The notes beneath the pieces were generated by a model. That model did no database searches and was not told the origin of the DNA. It worked only from the letters and a program-made list of their open reading frames with translations. A program made the position numbers and the translations under genes. Shown here piece after piece: positions 1 to 6,147 of a DNA stretch of 40,767 nt. The stretch's first letter is position 1; every line of letters starts with the position of its first letter. Origin of the DNA: a virus (taxonomy: Duplodnaviria > Caudoviricetes); the IMG/VR virus record IMGVR_UViG_3300027732_000003, positions 1 through 40,767 of that record, one strand, 5' to 3'.

Positions 1-127
1 ATAGGGGTAAACCCTAATAGAATGATTACGGGGCCATCATCCAGCCCTTGGGAAGGCAGGTAGCTTACCAACCCAGATAAACGTACTGAATCTATCAGTC
101 TCTCTAGTAAGCAATGAACGGGAACAT
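1..127. repeat. Terminal direct repeat, left copy (circular assembly overlap)
   Basis: 1-127 is identical to 40641-40767; 127 is a common assembler k-mer size. Confidence 0.95.
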
Positions 128-271
128 ACAGGTAGAGCCTCTCAGAGGTTAAGTTAGATAAACAAGGTGCTACTGCTTGAAAGTTTTCTTTCTAAGTAAA
201 AACAGTGGATGCCATAGTTCGTCCACAGTTAACCATCACACAATCCCTCTCCCTACTAGTTATTAAGCAGT
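30..271 (+). ncRNA. Candidate structured non-coding RNA
   Basis: Lies downstream of the promoter with no credible ORF. Short stems at 46-56, 85-99, 102-106/133-137, 138-148 and 60-64/169-173. Confidence 0.3.
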
Positions 272-420
272 GTTGTTTGTTTGCAACAGGAAAAGTTTTA
301 GAGAAATTTCGGGAATGGGTGAGTGGGCCCCCCCTTTTTACGGGGCTTCCAGTGCTACCCCCCCCACTCTTCCCCAGCCGAAAAGGTGCAGGGCATACAG
401 TGGCAGGGTGAAAGGCTGGT

Positions 421-440
421 GCAAATGAGAATCATTCTCA
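421..440. promoter_or_regulatory. Fur box 1
   Basis: Perfect 7-1-7 palindrome TGAGAAT-C-ATTCTCA (426-440); 15/19 match to GATAATGATAATCATTATC. Confidence 0.75.
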
Positions 441-452
441 ACTAGGGGCTTT

Positions 453-471
453 GGTAATGAGAATCATTCTC
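453..471. promoter_or_regulatory. Fur box 2
   Basis: GGTAATGAGAATCATTCTC, 16/19 match to the classical Fur consensus; shares a 16-mer with box 1 at a 32 bp offset. Confidence 0.75.
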
Positions 472-524
472 GTTTAGGACGGCTCGAAGGGGCTCAGATA
501 ACCCCAGCAAGGGGCAGCGATCAC

Positions 525-537
525 AATCAAACTCTTA
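525..537 (+). promoter_or_regulatory. IHF consensus site
   Basis: AATCAA-ACTC-TTA matches WATCAANNNNTTR exactly. Confidence 0.5.
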
Positions 538-745
538 AAACGGCTCAGTGAATAGGCAAACCCAGCGCAAAGCCCCGTGAATGCTGGCATTGTGCTAGCA
601 AGGCAAAGCTAATCACTTATGACATTTAATGATGTAATGATGTGGCCATTAGATAACTATTAGACACAAATAAAAAGCCCTTGATTATTTTGCAATATTC
701 AAAATGTAAACGGCCACTGACCACAAAATGAGTACTGTAGTTCTA

Positions 746-767
746 AGGGTAAACCCTGATAGGGTTT
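746..767. promoter_or_regulatory. AGGGTAAACCCT palindromic operator-like site
   Basis: AGGGTAAACCCT overlapping the inverted repeat AAACCCT-GAT-AGGGTTT; related copies at 3-15, 6134-6147 and 8319-8333. Confidence 0.6.
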
Positions 768-782
768 TGGAGGGGTCAATAG

Positions 783-795
783 AATCAACAACTTA
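783..795 (+). promoter_or_regulatory. IHF consensus site
   Basis: AATCAA-CAAC-TTA matches WATCAANNNNTTR exactly; upstream of a TATAGT -10-like hexamer at 825-830. Confidence 0.5.
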
Positions 796-882
796 AGAGA
801 GTTGGCACGATTCTATTATGCTTATATAGTGAAGGCCTTGATTTTTAGCCTTCTCTTTTTAACCTAAGTCCGAAAGTAAACC

Positions 883-1083
883 ATGACCGATTCTCAAGCC
901 CTTTTAATTTGCCGTCATATTCAAGCCGCCAATTATGGAAGCTTTGTCAGCGCATTGTCTTGCGCTTATCTATTGGCCGATTCTGATAACCGCCTGAAGC
1001 TTCTAGGGGCCTTCTCAGATCTTTTTAGCAGAATTGAAGCCGATATGATCGCTTATGCTGAATTCACGGCTAAAGCCGTTTAA
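883..1083 (+). CDS. Early hypothetical protein
   Basis: 66 aa ORF preceded by the GTCCGAAAGTAA leader. Confidence 0.75.
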   Translation: MTDSQALLICRHIQAANYGSFVSALSCAYLLADSDNRLKLLGAFSDLFSRIEADMIAYAEFTAKAV

Positions 1084-1113
1084 ACCCTTTTTTAACAGTC
1101 CGAAAGTAATTAA

Positions 1114-1452
1114 ATGTCAAACTCAAACGTAAACCCCGTTTTCTCTTCTATTCTGGCCACTATTGGCGGCCCTTCCACTGATCTAGTGCTGGCCGTTGAT
1201 CAATTGGGGGCTTTGGATACTCAAATTAAAGCCCTTACTAAGCAAGCCGAAGCATTAAAAGCTCAGATTAAGGCTCAAGGTCCCGAGAGATATCTAGGCG
1301 CAGCATATAGCGCCCTAGTGTTTGAGAGTGAAGGTCGCACAATCACCGATTGGAAGGCTATAGCGGAAAAGTTTAACCCTTCCCGCCAATTGATCACGGC
1401 TCACACTGTAACGGGTGAACCCGTTCGTTCTATCAAGTTGGCCAAGATCTAA
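1114..1452 (+). CDS. Early hypothetical protein with coiled coil
   Basis: 112 aa; same leader; heptad segment VDQLGALDTQIKALTKQAEALKAQIK. Confidence 0.8.
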   Translation: MSNSNVNPVFSSILATIGGPSTDLVLAVDQLGALDTQIKALTKQAEALKAQIKAQGPERYLGAAYSALVFESEGRTITDWKAIAEKFNPSRQLITAHTVTGEPVRSIKLAKI

Positions 1453-1462
1453 GGGGCTCACA

Positions 1463-1672
1463 ATGAACACCAAAAACCTATCGTGGGCCCTTTTCGATAT
1501 TGCATTAGGCCGTGGATATAACGCACAAACCCTTCAAGCCGCCTACAGTAGCAAAGCCCTTGATATATACGATAAACGGGTTTTGCTTCGCTATATTGAA
1601 GGGGCTCAGTTATCAACTGATCATTTGAACCTACAAACCATTGCAATCAAATTGAATGAGATCACACCATGA
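1463..1672 (+). CDS. Early hypothetical protein
   Basis: ATG at 1463 after an AAGGGG RBS (track starts at 1415). Confidence 0.7.
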   Translation: MNTKNLSWALFDIALGRGYNAQTLQAAYSSKALDIYDKRVLLRYIEGAQLSTDHLNLQTIAIKLNEITP

Positions 1673-1752
1673 ACAAAGACGATATATATGACATTCTCGC
1701 AGCCGTGGCCGTGGGCCTAATGCTGGCCTTTTTTCTGACAATCAGGGGTTAA
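1669..1752 (+). CDS. Small membrane peptide (27 aa)
   Basis: MNKDDIYDILAAVAVGLMLAFFLTIRG; ATGA overlap with the upstream stop; one hydrophobic helix. Confidence 0.6.
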   Translation: MNKDDIYDILAAVAVGLMLAFFLTIRG

Positions 1753-1754
1753 AA

Positions 1755-1961
1755 ATGCACCAACTATCAGAACAACAAAAAGCTTTTATAGAAGCTTATT
1801 CACAATCAATTTGCGAGTGTCCAAAAAACCTATTGATAAAGTATTTTGAAGACTCAGAAAAGTTTGGCCGTACTTATAGGGAATATTACTCAAATGTTGA
1901 AGACTGTTATTCAGTTTGGGTTATGGCCCTTGAATACGCCAACAAAACAGTAAAAGCTTGA
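1755..1961 (+). CDS. Early hypothetical protein
   Basis: 68 aa; AGGGG RBS. Confidence 0.7.
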   Translation: MHQLSEQQKAFIEAYSQSICECPKNLLIKYFEDSEKFGRTYREYYSNVEDCYSVWVMALEYANKTVKA

Positions 1962-2010
1962 AGGGTTCAAGGTGAAGCGGCTCACAATGGGCCGTTTTTC
2001 CGTGGGCCTT
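1962..2010 (+). promoter_or_regulatory. Long intergenic RNA hairpin (possible processing site)
   Basis: GCGGCTCA/TGGGCCGT inner stem and AGGGTTCA/TGGGCCTT outer stem; G-U pairs work on the plus strand. Confidence 0.45.
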
Positions 2011-2037
2011 CCACGTTATCAAGTTGAAAGTAATTAA

Positions 2038-2685
2038 ATGATCAAAATCTCTCAAACTTCAAAATTGAATGCCCGTTCATGGTCTCTTCAAGCTTTAGAC
2101 ACTTGTCCTGGTTCATGGGCTTCGCCTGGTGTTCTGGTGGACGCTTGCAAGGGCTGCTATGCAACAACGGGAAATTATAATTATCCTAATGTGAAGGCCC
2201 CTAGAATCTCGAATAGGGAAGATTGGCAGCGGCTCGAATGGGTTTCCGATATGGTTCAAGAATTAGATTCTGACCGCTATTTTCGTTGGTTTGATTCTGG
2301 GGACGTTTTCACCCTAGGTTTAGCCGAAAAGATTCTTGAAGTAATGATACAAACCCCGTGGGTGAATCATTGGCTGCCCACCAGAATGCACAAATTCCCA
2401 AAGTTTGCCCACGTTTTTGCACAAATGGAAGCGCTGCCAAACGTGAAGGTTCGTTTTTCCAGTGATTCAATTCAAGGTGAATATATTGAAGGCCTTCACG
2501 GCTCAGTAATTGGCCCTGATGCGGCTTCATTTGTGGCCCGTAAAGGGGTTCAATTATGCGAAGCATACAAACATGGTGGAAACTGTAACGGCTGCAGGGC
2601 TTGCTGGTCTAAGGACGTGCCATTGATAGCGTATCCAGCCCACGGCCAGAAAATGGCACGGGTTATCAAGTTAAAGCAAATTTGA
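2038..2685 (+). CDS. GP88-family protein (Cys-rich, radical-SAM-like)
   Basis: SWSL..LDTCPG, CKGCYA, YFRWFDSGD, HWLPTR and C-terminal CNGCRACW motifs. Confidence 0.8.
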   Translation: MIKISQTSKLNARSWSLQALDTCPGSWASPGVLVDACKGCYATTGNYNYPNVKAPRISNREDWQRLEWVSDMVQELDSDRYFRWFDSGDVFTLGLAEKILEVMIQTPWVNHWLPTRMHKFPKFAHVFAQMEALPNVKVRFSSDSIQGEYIEGLHGSVIGPDAASFVARKGVQLCEAYKHGGNCNGCRACWSKDVPLIAYPAHGQKMARVIKLKQI

Positions 2686-2695
2686 AGGGTGAATT

Positions 2696-2815
2696 ATGCA
2701 AAGAACCTTAATTGAAGCTAAAAACGCTGGTTTTTTCATTCCTGAAATACAAACGTATTTTTGCAAATATGAAGACTTTAAAGTTGAACACATTGTTATT
2801 TACGAATTCCATTAA
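2696..2815 (+). CDS. Small hypothetical protein (39 aa)
   Basis: MQRTLIEAK...YEFH after a GAAGGGTG RBS; ends at the terminator. Confidence 0.5.
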   Translation: MQRTLIEAKNAGFFIPEIQTYFCKYEDFKVEHIVIYEFH

Positions 2816-2837
2816 AGGGCCTTAGGGCCTTTTTTTT
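2814..2837 (+). terminator. Intrinsic terminator of the early operon
   Basis: AAAGGGCC-TTAG-GGCCTTTT stem followed by a T run. Confidence 0.75.
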
Positions 2838-2853
2838 GTTCTTTAGATAGGCT

Positions 2854-3079
2854 GGCCTAGTGCTGGCTTTTTTTGGCCGTATAGGTCAGGGTTTATTGTG
2901 GCCGTTTGTTGGCCAGTGTAGGCCGTGGGCGGTTTACTGTATCGGGCCACCGATAACGGGGCATTGTGAGCCGTGGCCGTTTGCTGGGTGAATGCATAAG
3001 GCCGTTGATATCTGGCCATTGTGGGCCGTTTGTGGCCGCTGGCCGTGCCATTGTGGCCGTGAATTGTGCCATTGTGGCC
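2854..3079. repeat. Non-coding degenerate (CA)TTGTGGCCGT repeat array
   Basis: 14 GGCC sites in about 225 bp. Confidence 0.8.
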
Positions 3080-3160
3080 AGTGAAGGGGCTTAGACCTAG
3101 GCGGTAGCGTGAGATTTTGCTAATAAAAACAATGGTTTACAGTGATTTTTGAATGAAAAG

Positions 3161-3258
3161 GATTATATGAGATTCTATTTACCCATTAACTATTTGATTA
3201 TCTCGATTATGTCCCTGCCACTTTTCGATTATATCGATAATATTATGTCGATTATCTC
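3161..3258. repeat. GATTATNTC 9-mer direct repeats
   Basis: Copies at 3196, 3205, 3227 and 3250; degenerate copies at 3161, 3236 and 3241. Confidence 0.7.
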
Positions 3259-3328
3259 GTGTTCTGCCAATTTGCAAAGGACCCCCCCCTCAAAAAGTTT
3301 TGGGTCCTATTTTTTAGCATAGGGTTAA

Positions 3329-3688
3329 TTATGGAAATCTCAGGAGATAAAGTGTCGAATCTATTAAGGCTTGAATTTCATCGGCTATGTTCTGTATCTC
3401 AGAATCCTGCGGTAAAACCTTTCGTTTTTCCTCAAAGTACTCTGACAAATCATGCAGCTCACGTTTGCCAGTGTCGGCAGGTGTGTGATAGGTGGCAGGG
3501 AATTCTAGGGTTGAATCGTAACGGCCTTGAATGGCTTCCACTAGGTTGTCTATCAGGTCTGGTAGCTCTTCATAGAATGTCCCAAGGGCTTTATGCTCTG
3601 CATAAGACTTGGATTGCCAATGCAGGATGTGGGTGTTGGTTGCAGAGTGCAACAAGGTTAAAACGAGATCACCAATTTCATTGTCCAT
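3329..3688 (-). CDS. Ferritin/Dps-like helical bundle protein (DUF5856-like)
   Basis: HILHWQ..SYAEHKALG.FYE.L..LID.LVE motif resembles the Dps HW..H..E/D ferroxidase pattern. Confidence 0.7.
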   Translation of the reverse strand: MDNEIGDLVLTLLHSATNTHILHWQSKSYAEHKALGTFYEELPDLIDNLVEAIQGRYDSTLEFPATYHTPADTGKRELHDLSEYFEEKRKVLPQDSEIQNIADEIQALIDSTLYLLRFP

Positions 3689-4064
3689 ACGGGACTCCCA
3701 AGTGGGTTAAGACACGCCTAGCAGCTTCCCTGCGCCAAGGTTTGATTGTAATATTATCTGCCAAATCAAGCCATGCGTGAAGTTGTCTTTTGTAAGCTTC
3801 TTGAAACGCTAGATTTTTCTCATCATATTCTGCATAGGACGAGTCTAGCCATGTGTGGCATCTGCTGCACCCCCACACCGAATAGTGGTCTTCTGCCTTG
3901 ATTGAGCGCCCTTTGCCATGGCTCAAAAGGTTAGAGTGACAAGCCACTGTTGTGGAACCATCCCCCCCCAAACAATTTTTGGCCACCTCTAAAAGGCAAG
4001 GCTCACCTTGTGCCAATTTCAACAGATCTTTGTCTCTGTAATATTCAGTCTTTTGGTAGGTCAA
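3678..4064 (-). CDS. DUF1364/YbcO-like putative nuclease
   Basis: PCLL, TTVACHSN, HGKG..IKA.D and GCSRCH.WLD motifs. Confidence 0.75.
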   Translation of the reverse strand: MTYQKTEYYRDKDLLKLAQGEPCLLEVAKNCLGGDGSTTVACHSNLLSHGKGRSIKAEDHYSVWGCSRCHTWLDSSYAEYDEKNLAFQEAYKRQLHAWLDLADNITIKPWRREAARRVLTHLGVPYGQ

Positions 4065-4156
4065 AATGGCGAATCCTCATGGTTATCAGGATTAAATTTA
4101 GCCTTGCGCTGGTCTTTGTGCTTGGGGTTGGGAAATGGTGGGAATGGCCATGTCAT
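4061..4156 (-). CDS. Small Pro-rich peptide (MTWPFPPFP...)
   Basis: 31 aa; overlaps both neighbours by 4 nt. Confidence 0.5.
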   Translation of the reverse strand: MTWPFPPFPNPKHKDQRKAKFNPDNHEDSPF

Positions 4157-4359
4157 GCTTGTCCTCTTTCCCTGATCAAATCCATTTGGACATATCCAGT
4201 AGAATCTTCCAGAATTTGAATTATTTCATTGCGTTCATACTCTGCTATCAGCTTGGCAAAGTTTGTAATTGTGTCTAAGCCATGCAATTGGAATTGTCGA
4301 TCTGACAACTGCCCACCGCCAGCTTTGTTCACCATGCGAATGATGTCATCTCTGTTCAT
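4153..4359 (-). CDS. Hypothetical protein
   Basis: Likely start MNRDDIIRM at 4359, overlapping the upstream stop. Confidence 0.65.
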   Translation of the reverse strand: MNRDDIIRMVNKAGGGQLSDRQFQLHGLDTITNFAKLIAEYERNEIIQILEDSTGYVQMDLIRERGQA

Positions 4360-4673
4360 AACTTCATTTCCACTCGTTTTGTGTACTCTTCGGTTTTCCA
4401 CACTTCCACCCGTAGCTTGGCTGCCTCAAGTTTCCAACGTAATTCTTCTTCTTGGGCTATTGCTTCTTTGATCTCAAAAAGTAGGCCAACATAGTCTGCA
4501 TGGGCGTAGGCGTACATCTCTTTTGCGCCCAATGTGCCCTCCTCGTTTGACATAAGAATGGCCTTTTTGGACTTGCGATATTCCTCTAATTGCACCCGAG
4601 TAGCTTTAGCTGCGGCATATTTAGGTGCGTTTGTAAGGATGAAATTGATTGCTAAGTGTGCGGGATTTTCCAT
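4356..4673 (-). CDS. Conserved helical phage protein (weak resemblance to UvsY-like mediators)
   Basis: 105 aa coiled coil, EMYAYAHADY; the function is inferred. Confidence 0.6.
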   Translation of the reverse strand: MENPAHLAINFILTNAPKYAAAKATRVQLEEYRKSKKAILMSNEEGTLGAKEMYAYAHADYVGLLFEIKEAIAQEEELRWKLEAAKLRVEVWKTEEYTKRVEMKL

Positions 4674-4942
4674 TACATTGCCTCGTTGATTAACTTTTCT
4701 ATGCCTTTGTCGATGCTGCCATCGCCCATTTCAGCCAAAACTTTCTTTTGGACTGCATTGAGTTCTATTTTTACTATGGTGTTATAAGGTAGATATCTAG
4801 GTCTACCTGCGCCCTTGCGCTTACCACCCCAATCAAGTACAGGTCTGCCAAGCTTTTGGGATAGGGCTTCTTTGCGCCTTTGCTCCATGATTTCCCATGC
4901 TTTTTCCAGCACTTCGGGCGAGAGATTGTCCATAAAACTCAT
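4673..4942 (-). CDS. Small DNA-binding protein
   Basis: WGGKRKGAGRP motif followed by a ribbon-helix-helix-like segment. Confidence 0.55.
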   Translation of the reverse strand: MSFMDNLSPEVLEKAWEIMEQRRKEALSQKLGRPVLDWGGKRKGAGRPRYLPYNTIVKIELNAVQKKVLAEMGDGSIDKGIEKLINEAM

Positions 4943-5397
4943 ACGATCTCCACTACCCTGTCGTTATTGGATCTGATGTAGTCACGGGTTTTCTTTACAT
5001 ACTTCTCAAACTCACTTCGGCAAATACTGCCTTGTTGAAGGTCTGCATATTCGATTAATTCCCTGATTGCTTGAATGCCAACACCATCAAAACCCATTTT
5101 CATGGTTGCCTGGTAACGCATGGCCGCCTTGTGCAGGGCATCTTGCGCTTTCTCACATACAGGCAATACTTCGGGACCAATACCCGCTTTGGCCATGACC
5201 TCAGATAGGTTAAGCACATCAACTAGGGTGCGCCAATCCTGCACTGTACCTGCGCCTTTGGTCATTGCGTCCAATGCGGAATATTCTGTCATTCTTAGCT
5301 TGTCTAAGGTTTGCCTAGGGGTGATGGCAGCCCCCACAATCCCATGTTGGATTGGGTCAATCAAGTTCCACATTTTGCGTTTAGTGCGTTTACGCAT
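4939..5397 (-). CDS. Hypothetical protein
   Basis: Likely start MRKRTKRK at 5397. Confidence 0.7.
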   Translation of the reverse strand: MRKRTKRKMWNLIDPIQHGIVGAAITPRQTLDKLRMTEYSALDAMTKGAGTVQDWRTLVDVLNLSEVMAKAGIGPEVLPVCEKAQDALHKAAMRYQATMKMGFDGVGIQAIRELIEYADLQQGSICRSEFEKYVKKTRDYIRSNNDRVVEIV

Positions 5398-5575
5398 TTT
5401 TAACTTGGTTCTGTCTAAGGTATTTGCCTGTGATCCGCTTGTTCCAACACGATTGGCAGATCCACTTATGTCCCATGTCAATCCCACCTTCAGGGGGCTT
5501 GCTTATGTCGCATTTTGTACAAAGCTTAAACCTGTGATTAGAGAATCTTGCACCAATGTCTATTTGTGGCATCAT
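5390..5575 (-). CDS. Small zinc-finger protein
   Basis: CTKC...WICQSC. Confidence 0.6.
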   Translation of the reverse strand: MMPQIDIGARFSNHRFKLCTKCDISKPPEGGIDMGHKWICQSCWNKRITGKYLRQNQVKNA

Positions 5576-5577
5576 TT

Positions 5578-5757
5578 TTATTTCCTTGCAGGGCAATTTC
5601 TGCCTTGGTTACAGTTGCCATAGCATGGGGGGCAGACCTTTAAATTCCGAATGAGGATAGCAAAGCTTGAAATTGTGTCTTTGCCAAAAACAGTCATTTT
5701 TTCAATTTCTTTGGCCACTTCTTCTAAAGTGTCATTTCTTGATTGGTTTTCAGTCAT
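5578..5757 (-). CDS. Hypothetical protein with Cys-rich tail
   Basis: Likely start MTENQSRN; CPPCYGNCNQGRNCP. Confidence 0.6.
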   Translation of the reverse strand: MTENQSRNDTLEEVAKEIEKMTVFGKDTISSFAILIRNLKVCPPCYGNCNQGRNCPARK

Positions 5758-5840
5758 ATTTGCCTTGCAATGTAGATAACCCATGACCAAAAGGCCATGA
5801 GCATTGAGAGTATGGCTGCCCATACAAATTTAGTATTCAT
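5754..5840 (-). CDS. Small membrane peptide
   Basis: MNTKFVWAAILSMLMAFWSWVIYIARQI; ATGA overlaps on both sides. Confidence 0.5.
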   Translation of the reverse strand: MNTKFVWAAILSMLMAFWSWVIYIARQI

Positions 5841-6073
5841 GGCTCGTAGTTCACGATTTCCCAATGACGTTGGGTTTCAATGGCTAAAACGCCTTTGGCT
5901 TCAAGGTCAGCAAACTGCTCTTCAGTCATCAAACCCATAATGTCCATGCCGTTGTAGGTGACCATCTCAATGTTTTCAGCCCAAGTTGAATACTTGTCTG
6001 CCTTGAAAGACATAGTGACTTTGACTTCTGCTTCACCTGCGCCTGTTTTGGCTTCAAAATTGATTGTGTGCAT
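5837..6073 (-). CDS. Hypothetical protein
   Basis: 78 aa; AGGAGAAAGTA leader; own upstream promoter region. Confidence 0.75.
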   Translation of the reverse strand: MHTINFEAKTGAGEAEVKVTMSFKADKYSTWAENIEMVTYNGMDIMGLMTEEQFADLEAKGVLAIETQRHWEIVNYEP

Positions 6074-6133
6074 TACTTTCTCCTAAAAATGTGTTGATGT
6101 AGCTACTGTATCTTGAAATCTTGATTATTTATA

Positions 6134-6147
6134 TAGGGACTTACCCT
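6134..6147. promoter_or_regulatory. AGGG..CCCT operator-like site
   Basis: TAGGGACTTACCCT, upstream of a TACAGT -10-like hexamer on the minus strand. Confidence 0.5.

Noticed and set aside
1-127. 127 bp repeat as a biological terminal repeat
   Set aside because: The length equals a standard assembly k-mer and the junction splits a promoter, so it most likely only shows circularity.
205-411. 68 aa ORF
   Set aside because: GTG start without an RBS, and it runs through the C-tracts; probably non-coding.
803-817. Sigma54 promoter (TGGCACG next to an IHF site)
   Set aside because: The -12 element reads TATT rather than TTGC; only the -24 half matches.
2854-3079. CRISPR array or mini-array
   Set aside because: Repeats are about 10 bp, degenerate and irregularly spaced, with no 30-40 bp spacers and no cas genes.
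3259-3780. 173 aa plus-strand ORF and other antisense ORFs (for example 5120-5623, 13655-14242, 29072-29737, 39061-39588)
   Set aside because: These are shadows of well-supported opposite-strand genes, with no RBS or recognisable motifs.
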